From assembly GCA_010356995.1 (NCBI GenBank), contig ML996702.1, forward strand, positions 310,001 through 374,000: a stretch of DNA of 64,000 nt, given 5' to 3'. Shown here in pieces: positions 23,979-36,766 of the stretch (the stretch's first letter is position 1; every line of letters starts with the position of its first letter). A model generated the notes under the pieces. It was not told the DNA's origin and did no database searches. It saw nothing but the letters and a program-made list of their open reading frames with translations. The DNA is from Trichodelitschia bisporula. Lineage: Eukaryota. The translations under genes were made by a program, and so were the position numbers.

Positions 23979-25079
23979 CTACTCCTTGAGCACGCTCTCA
24001 TCATCCGGCCAGAACAGCAGCGCGCGCAACTCAATGCTCTCCCGCGCCGGCCCATCCTCAAACTCCTTATCCACAAACGCAGTATGCGCGCAAGCCCGCG
24101 CCTTGCCATGGTTATCATACCCCTTAAACACAAGCACATCCTCAGGCAGCTGGCCAAACTTATAATACCAACGATGGCCCTTCCCAGGCTTCAACCCCAT
24201 CGACTCACGAATATCCTTGAACACGCGGTTGGGGCGAATAACCAGGTCCTGGTACGGCACGGTGCTGGCATCAGCCACGCCGAAAGGGTCCTTGTACACG
24301 GGCTTGATGGGACGCCAGGCCTGCATTTGTCAGCGTGGTCCGGTTAATGTGAGAGGGCGGGGCATACGTTGACGATCATGACACGTCCGTGCAGCAGCGC
24401 CTCGCACTCATCCGGGAAGTGGCTGTGCACGACGTTCTTCGCCTGCCAGGAGGACTGGTCGACGTGGGCGGCGTAGACGGCGGGCTGGTGCTGTGGCGGC
24501 GCGTTACGGTCGAACTTGTTGATATGGAAAGTGCTGGAGCTGATGCGGGTGCCGTGGTGGAAGACGTGGACGCGGGGGGCGCCGGTGCTGTGGGGCTGAT
24601 TAGATCGAAGATCGGCGGGAGGGGGTGGAGACAGTACACTTCCTTCAGCCAGGCTTCCATCTCCGGGTAGTACTGCTCCTTGATCTTCTTCGTGTCGCTC
24701 AGGTCCTCGGTCTTCAGCATCACTTTCGTGTACTGCTTTCCGAAGATGAAGCCATTGTCCTTTAGCGTGAATTGGTCCTCGCGGCCGCTGACGTCTTCGA
24801 TTACGCCCTCGACGGCGATCTTGGGCGGGTTGGGGTAGTAGCTGAGGATTGGGTGAGCTCATATCCGAAGAGAGGAAGAGAGTCAACATACATGTCACCG
24901 CCCTGCCACATGTCCTCCTTGCCGCCCTTCTCGGCCAACTGCTTCTGGTGCAGTTCCTCATCGGCATGCCAGATGGTGGTGTGAAGGTCGCGACGCTTAG
25001 GGGCAGCGCCATCCGTCGGCTTCGAGTCGGAGATGACAGGGAGGGTCTGCGAGATGGTTTCCGTAATAGTAGTAGACAT
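23979..25079 (-). CDS. AsaB/CmcJ/GA-desaturase-like Fe(II)/2OG-type oxidoreductase
   Basis: 'DVSGREDQFTLKDNGF', 'YYPEMEAWLK', 'AHVDQS', 'AWRPIKPVYKDPFGVAD', 'HRWYY', 'AHTAF', 'RESIELRAL'; 3 introns. Confidence 0.85.
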
Positions 25080-27146
25080 GTTGGAGGTCGGTTTGCGGTT
25101 CCGGGGAAGGCTGAGATCGAAGTTGAGTGCAGCTACGGCTGGATTTATGTACGGATGGAGAGGCGCTATTTAATTGCCATGTCGGCATTTCACTTGACCG
25201 ATGAATGCGGGGAACATTCCCAAATGCAGGAAGAGCTTGAGCCTGCCATGATCACCGGCCTACAAGCTAGTTCCCAGAGCGGGTGCAAATCGCAAGTGTC
25301 AAGAGATGTTGTCCCGTCGATAGCGCCCAGACCTTCACGGGATATGCTTCCTCTTATGGGTTCGCAGCGCGGGATATTGCGCTAAGGGGCAGGGGTGCAA
25401 ACGTCCACGCGAAGGCTTCTGTGCGAAGCAAGCTCCCGAGATTGCTGCTAACGTACAAAATTACGGGTGAGGTTGGCGATCCTTAAATGAACCGTTTCCT
25501 CAAAACAAACTCACTCTGATGCCGCAAGGCTGACTGGCAATGTACGAATTATCTATCGTCGCATCACAAGTTCAATTAGAGGACCCAGAGGAAGAACATG
25601 GCCAGTTTGTCCAAAATAGGGAGCTAAAGTCCAAAGTAAAGCCAATGATGGCTATTCGGATGCTATCCGAGAGAGGGGTATCATGCTCTGTGGTTTCCGC
25701 TTCCCCGCAGTGGAGTCCTCCCCGCGGCAACCCACGCGGCAAGCGCTACCTTAGCTCCTGGAGCAACGCCACATATCGGGGGTTTGCTCTCCCCGGTTCC
25801 CGGTTACCTGGGCGGAGGTGACGGGCGCAAGCGCGCGTCCGCGATGACCTACTTAATCAGAACTACATCCCCTTAGGAGCCAATCCCGGGCAAATGTTCC
25901 GCGCTGAAGGATTCCGCGCGGCACGCTTTAGAACCCTGTGTCGATATCAACTTGGTGATAACCGATGTACCGAACCAGTTACAAGCGAGTCACCGCATGG
26001 CTGGCACTTGGAGGTCCATCTGCTGACTGCCGATAGACCCACCTGGCGGTACGGAGTGTATGCGATTACGGTGCATCACCTGGAAGGCAAAGAGACTCCG
26101 ACGGAAGGGAAAGTTACCTAAACGGGGACCATCGACATGAGATGCTGGTAGGAAGTCGCAGATGGTATGATGACATACCCCGCGACGACAGTGAGATCGC
26201 TAGAGCATCCAAGTGGTATGCCACCATACGTCGAATCGTGCGGACAAGCACAGCGCAGCACTGCATCCAGCCTCCATGCTCGCAAACAGCCTCCTACTCT
26301 TTTTGGGTCATTCTCGAACTGCCATCCGGACCTGCCGAAACCCACAAATTGATGCGTTGAATGCCGTCTATCCTTGACCCCTCTACCCGGAAATTTATAT
26401 GAGGCCAGTGCGCTCGGATCTACCCACCAAAGCAGTGCTTCCTGTTAGGAGCCGCTTTAATCTCGATGGCTAAGCACCGCCTCACATGGGATGCGCAGAC
26501 ACGAAGGGTAAGCATTAAGTCTAAGGCCGGTCAGCCCTGTCCTATCATTGTCCGTGACTTACAGCTTAGGCCATGGCTACGTCAGTTGCACGGCGCGTTC
26601 TGTGTGAACATTCATGGCAGATATTCAGCTAAGTCGGGGCAGACAGTTCGCGTTCCTCATGATTTTGGGCATAATGGCATTGTCTCCCACATACGGCCAT
26701 AGGTCCTAGAACACACCAGTCCCCGTCTGCTCACTGAAGTTAACCTGGGAACCGGCTGACTAGTAGTTGCGTGGGTGACCAGCAGCGAATCCCAGCTGCT
26801 GTATGTTTTTGTTTTGGCAGCCTTCATCATAGCCCAGACACGAAACATTTGCCCAGCGGTGTGACATTATATTTTTGCCGTGAGGCCTAACTTTAGAACT
26901 CAGCCTCTTCTAACTCCGATAGCGGCCAGGCATCCAATTAAGAATTGGATTCATTAGGCCCGTCGAACGTGGTATCTTACGTGAATAAGCGCGGCTGAAA
27001 TGCAGTCCATATCCTCCGATCCATCCCAACTCCAAGACACCGATGCATACCCTATCAGGCCCATTACTAACGCGGAACGCCTACTTCATGTCTACGCAAA
27101 TGCTTGCTCCAAACCACCGCCCAGCAGAAACGACAACAGAGAGACT

Positions 27147-28036
27147 TCAGAGAGCGAACAAGGCGAACAAGAGTCCACTGCCAATGAGGGACATGGCGGC
27201 CGAAACGTGGGTCAACGGAGCAGCACCGGACTTCTTCGGAGGAGTCCCAGGAGTACCAGGAGTGGCTGTGAGAAGTCAGCAACTATGTTCAGTCTACAAG
27301 GGGAAGGGAAGAACAAACCAGAAGCCTTGGGCGGCGCGGGCGGCGTATTCGTAGCCGAAGCCGTCAACTTCTCCTTGCCAGCCGTGATAACGAGCTTGTT
27401 GTAATGGATGTCCGCCTCGTGGAAGGTCATCGTCGAGACTTCGCGCGTAGCATTGCGATTACTGTTCTGCATGCCAATGGACGCCGTAACCGTCGCCGCC
27501 GTGCCGGTGGCCGTGGCCGTGGGCTTCACATTGCGCGCCTCGAGGCACACGGCCCCGCTGTTAGCGGCGTCGATGGTGCATGAGATGCTGACGGTGGTAC
27601 CAGAGGTGGTGGTGTCGGCGCGCGCGAAGACGTCCGGGCCCTGCGTCACGATCACTTTGTCGGATACGCAGGCGGTTGTGTTGCCTTGCGCGACACAGTC
27701 GACAGCGTAGACGGTCTGGGTCTTGTCGGCACGGACGACGGAGCCGAAGTACGTCACTGGCGGGGTGGGGTTGCAGGCTGAGGCTGGGCCGATGCAGGCG
27801 TTGAAGAGGGAGACGGTTGTTTGCGTGGTGAAGGCGGTTGAGTTCCTGAGGCGGGAGGCCGAGCCGGTGCCTGCGGAAACGAGGCCTGCGGAGGCGGGAT
27901 CTGAGGAGAGTACAGTGGTTGTGAAGGTCGAGAGAACGGTTGCTGTGGATGTCGTTGTTGCCGTCACGGTGCTTCCGAAACCACCTTGAGCGAGGGAGAG
28001 AGAGGAGAAGAGCAGGGTAGAAAGAAGCAACATCAT
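27147..28036 (-). CDS. Thr/Ser-rich GPI-anchored cell-surface protein
   Basis: Signal peptide 'MMLLLSTLLFSSLSLA', Cys-containing core, 'LVITAGKEKL'. Intron 27318-27266 gives a hydrophobic GPI-type tail 'KKSGAAPLTHVSAAMSLIGSGLLFALFAL*'. Confidence 0.8.
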
Positions 28037-28699
28037 CTTGGATATAGGCAGGAGGACGATGTGAAAAGAGCTGTGTGATCCGAGTGATAGCAGAGTGCGC
28101 TTTAAACTTACTGGACCGCTGGGTTGAAGGCGATGCTTATGTATGAGCAACTCTACTCACGCAAGTAATGGACATAGCCGAGTCAGCTCTGGATTCCCTT
28201 GAGTGAGGTGGTTGCTGCTCAGCAGAATTGCGTATGCCATTCTTCAGCACGGCTTACAGTGGGCCTAGGACACGCCGCTTCGAGGCGCAGTGGTGCTGAG
28301 CCATGAAAGCTGGCGATCCCATTTCGCTGAGCTTGTGTTAAGGACTAAGTGGGGAGCGTTGCGGTCGGTGGTTAGACGTCCGAGTACCGTACAACGTAAG
28401 GCCGTCAGACGTCGGAGGTCGGAGAAACACAAGTCCAAATATAGAGCCAATTGGAAGCATTGCACAGCCAGCCGCCTTATTCTATTCAAGCAATGAGCTC
28501 AAAAAGGTACAAAGTACATCCGTACTCTACATCAAATGAACGCTTGATTTTTCACACAATCGAGACTGCAGAAGAGTGAGCTGTCTGATTAAGCTTTGCA
28601 TCCGCGAGTTTCGTACACGCTAAGAAGGCGAAGCAGCTTCTGATGTCCAAGGCGTAGATCAGGGATCTAGACCGTCCCAGGAGCCGGTGTGAGATCTTA

Positions 28700-28728
28700 T
28701 GATTGTGATTGTGATTGTGATTGTGATT
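28700..28728. repeat. (GATTGT)n microsatellite
   Basis: Four full GATTGT units plus partial flanking units. Confidence 0.9.
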
Positions 28729-29092
28729 ATTTTCCTTCAATCTCTAGCTTGAGCCTTGCCATTTGTTCACTAAAATGTCAGCGTCTGCAGAATAACTGTT
28801 GAAAAGACGTAGCCATGAGGCATTTTTAGGGGAGTCCCTACGCAATCAATGATCGCCTCCGCCTTGAATCCTTGTATATTTTGCTGCATTTAAACACCAG
28901 TACGCTCCAAAAGTCTTTTCTTCCCTTAAGCCAAACCTGTGCGGCGCGGATGAATCTATCGGCCATCAGTGTTCATACGTGCGGTGGAGCGAGAGAAAAC
29001 AGCATCTCTCGCTAGCTCGAAGCGAGTTTCCTGCGTTGTGGCAAGCGTGTGGGGAATGCTTCTAGTTCTAACAGGGAGTCAGGAATTTTAAC

Positions 29093-29983
29093 TTACGCGG
29101 GACTGAAGTGCTCATTGAATATCCCTTCTTCTTGCAGGACCTCAATCAGCTTCACCACAGTCTCCATCCAGCCGTGGATTTTTCTGGAAACTGGGACATT
29201 CCGTTTGCGACGGTTCTCTGAAAGGAAATCCATCAGATCACTAAACTTTCCTCGTCTTTCATCGCTTTGCTTCCAGTCGGATTCGGATGCAAAGTGGTTC
29301 GCACAACTCGGACACAAGCATTCAAAACCGAACTTCTCTATGAGCAACTTGCGACGCTCCTCGTACTGATAACGCCAGTTTACATAGGAGAGTGTGATTT
29401 CCTGACATTTTGTAAGCATATTTCAGATCATAATATGCTGCCTTGGCTCAGCTCAAGCCGCAATGCTGGCACGTACTTCGCCTTTCTTGATAGGTCGCCC
29501 AGCTACGAACTGGAAAACTTTACTGTCGTCTCGGTAAGTCCACAAGTTCGGTTCACAGGAGTGATTGATGAAGGCCGCCAGTTGAGGCATGTCGCTTTCT
29601 CTGCCTGGAATATACCTTGCTGCATAGATCGTTTGGCCAACAGCGATGTCGTTTCCGGCGAAGACTCCGCGACCATGGATCTTGGACGGCCCAACCTTGA
29701 TGTGGAGGACGGAATTCAGTGGCGAATCACTGAAAGACGCCCTAGGAATGGGGGAGGAAGGAGGAGCTTGATCGAAGGCTCCATCAGACCCGAGGAGATC
29801 CGGGGTGTTGTGCATTGGGACGAGAGAAAGTTTCGAAAGAGGGACGGTCTCATCGACATAACCTGGCTTAATATTGTACCACTGCGTCCAATCCCACCTC
29901 CACCTCCAATGCTGAATTGGCTCATAGCAGATGAAAGAGGGGTGCGGTGCTGAAGGAGCAGAAATTGATTGAGGATTAACCAT
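29093..29983 (-). CDS. SET-domain protein (lysine methyltransferase-like); 3' exons unresolved
   Basis: 'SKIHGRGVFAGNDI', 'FINHSCEPN', 'RPIKKGE|EITLSY', post-SET 'FGFECLCPSC'. A GTAAGT donor near 29096 means the gene continues downstream. Confidence 0.8.
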
Positions 29984-30332
29984 GTTGAGCGACCTTCAAA
30001 GGTCAGCGGCTTAGCCATGTACAGGCAGGTGAGCGCAGGGAACTTACAGTGAGAATAATATGGTGGGTGTGTATCTGTGGCAAATCGATCGAATTGATTC
30101 TGTGGATGAAGATGAGCGCCATTTTGTTGACACGCTCAGGATGATGGCAGCCATCAAGCGGGTGCACCTTACCTCTGGAGGCAACACGCAGACATCGCAC
30201 TTCCCAGAAATTATCTCCAGCCAGGGAAGTTGTCACGGTTCCTGGAGTCAGCGACATTGGGTCACCTGGCACAAGGAAAGAGCACTGTGCACACGAGGTG
30301 GATATACATATTGGTACATTGAGAAGTCGAGA

Positions 30333-33300
30333 CTAGAATCCCTTCAGCAGCCATTGAATGCTCTGCCTCAAATCATCGGCCCTCTTCCGTCGGATGGACA
30401 ACATTCGAGACAAACGCGGAGGCCGCTTATATTCAGGCTCTGCGTTCTCGACATTTTCGCGTCCTTGCACGAGGCCAGACCGGTTCTTCTCCTGACTCTT
30501 GAGCAAGACCCAAGCATCATGGGAGGTCATGGCTCCGCCCCGGAGCTGCTCTTTTTTGCTCTGGGGCTTACGTTTTCCGCTTGTGGCTCTCTGTTGGGAG
30601 GATGTAGTCGTCGGGATAGACGGATCCAAACCTATGAAAGTTTTGTGTATCCGTAGAGTATCAACCTCATGCGTTCGGATGCTTGGACTTCGACGCCGAC
30701 TTTGCACATTTCGGATCCTTAGACGCCAAGTTCGCACACGGCCCGGCTCGGGACGCCCTTTGGTTTCGAGTGGTCTCGACCGTAAGCGACTAGACTCTCG
30801 TTGGGCTGGTCGTGGAGTATTTGGCCCCCTTTCTGCTTTTGCTCCGTCCTTTGCCGCACCGGCGTGCAGTGTTCCGGAGACAGGTGGAGGAAAAAATATT
30901 TTCCGAACGCGGTGGGTCGGAATGCTGATGATACGAAGTTTTCGACGCCGTTGCGCGGAATTCGGCAAGGGATCAACTCTACGTTTCCGAATGACAGGCT
31001 TTCCGGAAGCATCTCCTTGGATTACAGGCAAAGCATCAAGTCCAGGCTTCCGAATGAGATGCTTTTCGGAAGCAACTTTTCGAATAGTAGGTAAAGAATT
31101 GACTCTACGCTTCGGACTGATAGGCCTTTCCGAAGCAACTCTTCGAATAGCAGGTAAAGGATTGACTTCAGGCTTCCGATTGAGAGGCTTTCCAGAAGCA
31201 TCTCCTTGGATTGCAGGCGACGGATCAACTCTAGGTTTCCGAATGAGAGACTTTCGGGAAGCATCACCTCGGATTGCAGGCAAAGGTTCCATTACGTGTT
31301 TCCGGAGAAGAGACCTTCCGGAAGCATCTCCTTGGATAGCAGGCCAACGTTCAGCTATAAATTTCCGAATGACAGACTTTTCGAAAGGAATTCTTCGAAT
31401 TGCAGTCTTTATAGCCCTCCGAACGACAGGCCTTTTGGGAGCATGTCGAGATATGGCCTGCCTTCCATCTGAAGGTATGTGAGTCCGCACGATCGGCTTT
31501 CTGGTGGAATTTCCATTAGGTCGAGTTGTAATTACATCCTTTCCAACTGGTATACTTGCGATGGTGATCTGGTCCGCCTGCTTGGCCGCGGTGGCAGAGG
31601 CCGGGGCTTCAGCAGGCGGAAACTCCTTCCCACTCCCGATATTATGGATCAAGCTTTGCGATTGTTCCGGCCGCTCGACGCTGACAAAAGGTCTCGAATT
31701 CTTCCGGGATTTGCCGGGCACACCAGGCTTAGGGTCAATGACGGCCCCAGAGACAGTAAGCCGGGAGAGTGGGACGTCTATCTTAGTCTGAGTCTTAAAC
31801 GCATTTCCGGGCTGTCCGTGGGTTTCCACTACCATCCCAACTCCCCTTTCGGAGAGTATACCAAGGTGACCAGGGTAAACCGCGGCGTTCCACCCAGTAG
31901 GCACCTCATCCAGGTCATCTCGAGGCATTGCATCAATCGTACTCGGTGATGTGCCAACATCCAGAGACCAACTGCGCTTGTCTTCCTGCCTGGCTGTATT
32001 GACCGCTTCGCGATGATAGATGAAGAACTGAATGCAGTCCCCAATGCGAGCGGCATCTCCAAATATGCTGGCATCTCCGGGTTCAAGGGTGTCCTCCAAG
32101 TCGTAATGGCCGAATGAAGAGTCCGGATCCAAAGAAATTAAGCCTGCCTTCTTGCCCCAGCCCCCGCCACCACTGAGTACTCGGTGAAGGCGGGCGCCTC
32201 GCCTAATGAGCTGAAGAATGGTTGTTTCTGAAAGCCTAGCGCCGTTCTTCCAACTCCGCCACAGATCGTCCTTCCCCGAGGTGACGGGGACACCAGACTT
32301 AGTGTCCGTGGATGGGGTCTGCCGGTCCTCCACGCTACGCAAGGTCTCTTCTGGCACGGTAAGTGCCCAAACACCCACCGCACAAGGCGACATATTCCTC
32401 GCCGCAAAGTACGATGAGATTGCTTTTTCCAATTCTGAGGAGGCGGGTTGGACTGCTGAAGGGTTGTCCTCGCTGGATATCTGGGCAAGGACATTTCCTG
32501 TGCTTGCCACAATGCGACGAGGATCCGTGAGAGGTAGCAGTGGTGCTGAGAACTCGAATTTCCCGCCGCCTCCTTCCTGATCCGCAAGCATACCCAAGGG
32601 CCAGTTTATACCAGCACTGGCCAATTCGAGGGCTTTCTCGTATACGAATACAGTTTTATCCCGTGTCTTGGTCCATTCAGCCACGAACAAAACATTTTCC
32701 TTGCCTGTATGGAAGACTGTGTTCGCGAGTGGTACCTGAAAGCTGGCGGTTGGGATATCAGGACTCGGCTGCGGTGTCTTGATACATATGGATATGAACT
32801 TGTCCCCACCAGCAGGGACATCCTCGGCGCTAGTACATTTGAGCGCAATGGTCGCTTTTGAGCCGACGACATATGCCATCCCGTCGCCACCGAGTCGAGA
32901 TGATTGAGGGCCGCTATCATCGTGTTCAAGGAGTCGGGGCGGCACCGTTGCACTTTGCGGTCGACACAAACGATCCACAACAGCCACGACAGTGCGCAAA
33001 CTCAGAGGCTCCTTGGTAGGTTGCGCAAACTGCCTGTATATTCGATTTACAATGTCGGAAAGAAAGACGCTGTCCGGTTGGAGACGATTGGCGTATTCGG
33101 GAGTGAACAGGAGCAAGGCCTCGTGGTCCCTTCCGTCCGACTTGAGTTTGGGGCAGGGAGTGATCCAAGATACAAAGTGTTCGCAATCCTAATCAAGGTC
33201 AGCCATGTCATGAGCGACGCACAACTTGAGGCAGAGCACACCAAAGACGGCCCGCCCCGATACATTAGCTGATTCACCGGTGAGGCAGGCGGATTCTTGT

Positions 33301-33442
33301 CAGGCTTTTGGAAGAGCGGAGGTTTGGACTGCACATGGCGGATTGTCACATGGCGAATTGCACCATGGCGGGAGCGAAGGACGTGATGCGCCGATGCGAG
33401 AGTGGAAAGGCGAGAGCGGTGGGGTCGGCAAAGAAACATCAC
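30333..33442 (-). CDS. Conserved unknown fungal protein with Arg-rich (mitochondrial-presequence-like) N-terminus and basic repeat tail
   Basis: 927-aa open frame, joined to exon 1 by a likely intron at about 33276-33189 (GTGAAT..GCTGAC..TAG). Motifs 'VPLANTVFHTG', 'LLPLTDPRRIVASTGNVL', 'RVLSGGGGWGKKAGLISLDP'. Confidence 0.75.
30963..31380 (-). repeat. About six coding tandem repeats of 66 bp (22 aa)
   Basis: Units such as 'LIRKPRVDPSPAIQGDASGKP' and 'LIRKPGLDALPVIQGDASGKP'; the DNA repeat ggaagcatctccttggat recurs at multiples of 66 nt. Confidence 0.9.
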
Positions 33443-33703
33443 CGCCGGGACATGCTGGGACGAAGGGGAAGTGAAGAGAGGGAATCTCGGAAGCGGCGCA
33501 ATGGATTGGTGACTGAGGGTATCACAGACTTGGGGATGAAAGCTGTATGAAGGTGGTGCGCTGGTGCAACAGTACTCTGGAGTAGAACTAGGTGTGATGT
33601 GCAGTATGAAGTGTTGGTGGTCGGTAAATTATGGGCAGTCCGTCAGGTCCGTTTGCAAGGTTTTTGCGGTTCGAGAGACGCCAAAACGCAAGCTCCCGGC
33701 CCA

Positions 33704-33722
33704 CTACCGTACAGTACGGTAG
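33704..33722. promoter_or_regulatory. Palindrome CTACCGTAC-A-GTACGGTAG in the divergent promoter upstream of MNN9
   Basis: Perfect 9-bp inverted repeat with a 1-nt spacer, made of the recurrent intergenic TACCGTAC motif; function inferred only. Confidence 0.35.
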
Positions 33723-34175
33723 GTACCCCCCATGCCCCAATCCCCCCCCGCTTCAAAGTCAGCCATCCGCATCGGCGCACAGACTGCGGGTGTGGATGCA
33801 CAGCCAAGTGGCTTGCTCCCTTTCCAAACCACCAAAACCGATCCAAATCCATCTATCCCCGACTTCTCCTCCGATCCCACTCTTCCCCTTCCACTCCAGT
33901 TAACTTTCTCCTGTGCTTTTTGGACGCTCGCTGCCCGCTGCTGTCGTATAGCGTCCCTTCCCGGGTTGTTGACCATCCTCTCGTTGACATCGCCTCTGCT
34001 TCAATCTGAACGTCCTGGTGGACTACTTCTCACCTCCCCCGAAAGCGCCAAAGTGGCCTGACGGCAGCTTGTCTGACCGTTCAGCGCAGTGTAGTCGGCG
34101 CCCTTCGAATGGTGATTTTCACCATCCAGAGCCTCGCAGCGCCAAAGCGAGTCACTTCCGCACATTACCGTCGCC

Positions 34176-35345
34176 ATGCTTCACACGTCCCGGGCTCTGC
34201 GCCGTACGAACCCCATCACTCTGTTCCTTGCGGGCGTCCTAGCAATCGGCTTCTTGATCTTTCTCTTCTCTTCACCCGATGGCGCAACAACCAACAAGCC
34301 GCTCAAGAATGAAAAGACAGCCGCTGCGAATGCGCTTTCACCGCCATCAATGCCCTTCTTGAAGGCCAAAAAGGACGGTGTCCAGTTGCCACCCCCGGTG
34401 GTACACTATCAAATGAACAACGTCACTACATCAAGCGATCCCATTGGAAACCGCGAGACTGTTTTGATCCTCACCCCCATGGTGAAGTTCTATCAGGAAT
34501 ACTGGGATAATCTGCTGAAACTCAACTACCCACACGAACTGATTTCCCTGGGTTTCATCCTACCGAAGAGCCAGGAGGGCAACGACGCGACAGCAGCCCT
34601 CCAGGAACAAGTGAAGAAGACGCAATCTGGTCCGAAGAAGAAGCGCTTCGCAAGCATCACCATCCTCCGCCAGGACACTGAATTGCCTCTTCGCTCTCAG
34701 GCTGAAGGGGACCGGCACAAGCTAGAAAACCAGAAGCCGCGACGCGCAGCCATGGCCAAAGCACGCAACTCCCTGTTGTTTACCACCATTGGCCCTAAGA
34801 CCTCTTGGGTTCTGTGGTTGGATGCGGACATCGTGGAGTCGCCTCCCACCCTCATCCAAGACCTTGCGTCGCACAACAAGCCCATCATCGTGCCGAACTG
34901 TTTTCAGCGCTACTTCGATAAGGAGGAGAATAGAATGGCTGTGCGTCCGTATGATTTCAACTCATGGCAGGACAGTCTCACCGCGGAGGACCTTGCGTCC
35001 AAAATGGGCCCGGATGAGATCCTTCTGGAGGGCTACAAAGAGATTCCGACCTACCGCTCGTTGATGGCCTACATGGCAGACGACGCGAAAGGTCGCGACC
35101 CACACAAGGAGATGCCACTGGATGGTGTTGGTGGCACTGCACTGCTTGTCAAGGCTGAGGTCCATCGCGATGGTGCAATGTTTCCGCCATTTGCGTTTTA
35201 CCATTTGATCGAAACGGAGGGGTTCGCAAAAATGGCGCGTCGGTTGGGCTGGAAAAGCACTGGTTTGCCCAATTACTTTGTGAGCAACCTCGCACCCATG
35301 GATTATTCCGCTAACATGCAATAGGTGTATCATTATAACGAATAG
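34176..35345 (+). CDS. MNN9: Mannan polymerase subunit Mnn9 (GT62, Anp1 family)
   Basis: Type II TM, 'LNYPHELISLGFI', 'RRAAMAKARNSLLFTTI', 'WVLWLDADI', 'HLIETEGFAKMA'; last intron 35280-35324, ending 'PNYF|VYHYNE*'. Confidence 0.95.
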
Positions 35346-36205
35346 ACTTGGTCATTGGCCGACCGGTGAGGATTCTGGGACTGCGGAAAGGCGTTAGGCG
35401 TCTACCAAATTAAGATGTACACTGCCACATTGGACCAATTCTACCTATAATGAGATCGGATGCTGATCTAACCGTACCATCATGTGGCCGCATCCGAAGA
35501 CGTAGACTATGAGCAGCTGAGAAGGCCCAGGTTCCTTACGTGCTATGTGCCGAGCTGACTTTGGCATTAAACTGGTGTCGAAATTCGCCATCTTCACGCT
35601 TCTACGCTGCCTAGGAGACAATGGGATTCAGCCCGCTGCAGGCATTCCTGTGCAGCTGGGCCATACGCTCATTTGATCCTTGCTTTTGGACCAGGTACGA
35701 CAGTTAACCCCAATTCACGCTTGATATCGCCCCACATGTGCGAGCCAGGATCAATACTTCCTCGTATAATGCTGCTGCTTTGATAGCTACCTATTTGTTT
35801 TCCTTTCTGCTGGAATATGCACCGACATGTAAGTTTCCGCTTTTGTTCGGCATGTCAGACTCAGGCAAACTCCATTCATTGGTTATAAGCTTGACCGTTC
35901 GTCTTGAGCCGCGATCACTAAAACGTCCGAACCCCTTTGCGAGGATTCACATTGCAGCCTTGCTTGGGGCGTCGTCTGGATCTCAACAGTTTCTAAACGC
36001 TCCGATCGATTCGGCGCGTCTCAGCCTCACGAATTGTTCGCTAACGCAGGTATCCAGTTTCTGAGCGTGTCTCAGCATATCAACGAAGACATGTTTGGTA
36101 CTATTGCGCCTCTTCAACAAAGAAAGCCGCAGGCAGAAAGCTCGATTGCCCATCACATATCATACAGGCCTTGACCATCCTAACATCGCCATCACAGCCC
36201 CAAGG

Positions 36206-36677
36206 ATGCAGGACTACGCTGACATGGCCAGTTTACAACTGGACCAGAAGGGCGACGTGTGCAATCCCTTCGAGATAGGAGACAGCAGGGACCAGCTTCA
36301 GTCATCGCTCCACGACTTGGAATCCACCATGGCGCTCTCTCCCACCAGCCACGCAACCAATACCTTCAAGAGCATGGGAACCACGGACTCAACCTCCAAT
36401 CTCGAAATAACAGCCCCCTCTATAGAGCAACCCAACGTCTACATATCAGACCACCTATCCACCAAGCACACCAGCGCCCCCGCCTCCGACCCCCTCCCCG
36501 CCTCCACCCTCCCAGACCTCTCCTGCTTCGACTACAACCCCACCGACGACCCCTTCCGCGGCATGAAAGACTCCTCCACAGACCCGCCCCTATTCGACGC
36601 CGACTTCTTCGACACTCCAGTCTCTCCACCCACTCCCGCCCCCGCACCAAACCCATACCCACAGTCCGCCGCACGTC

Positions 36678-36766
<89 letters not shown>

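Noticed and set aside
30499..31482. 327-aa plus-strand ORF
   Set aside because: Antisense shadow of the repeat-rich coding region; the repeats propagate the absence of stops.
34109..34312. Out-of-frame upstream ATG ORF overlapping the MNN9 start
   Set aside because: The transcription start is unknown, so it cannot be shown to lie in the mRNA; no conservation evidence.
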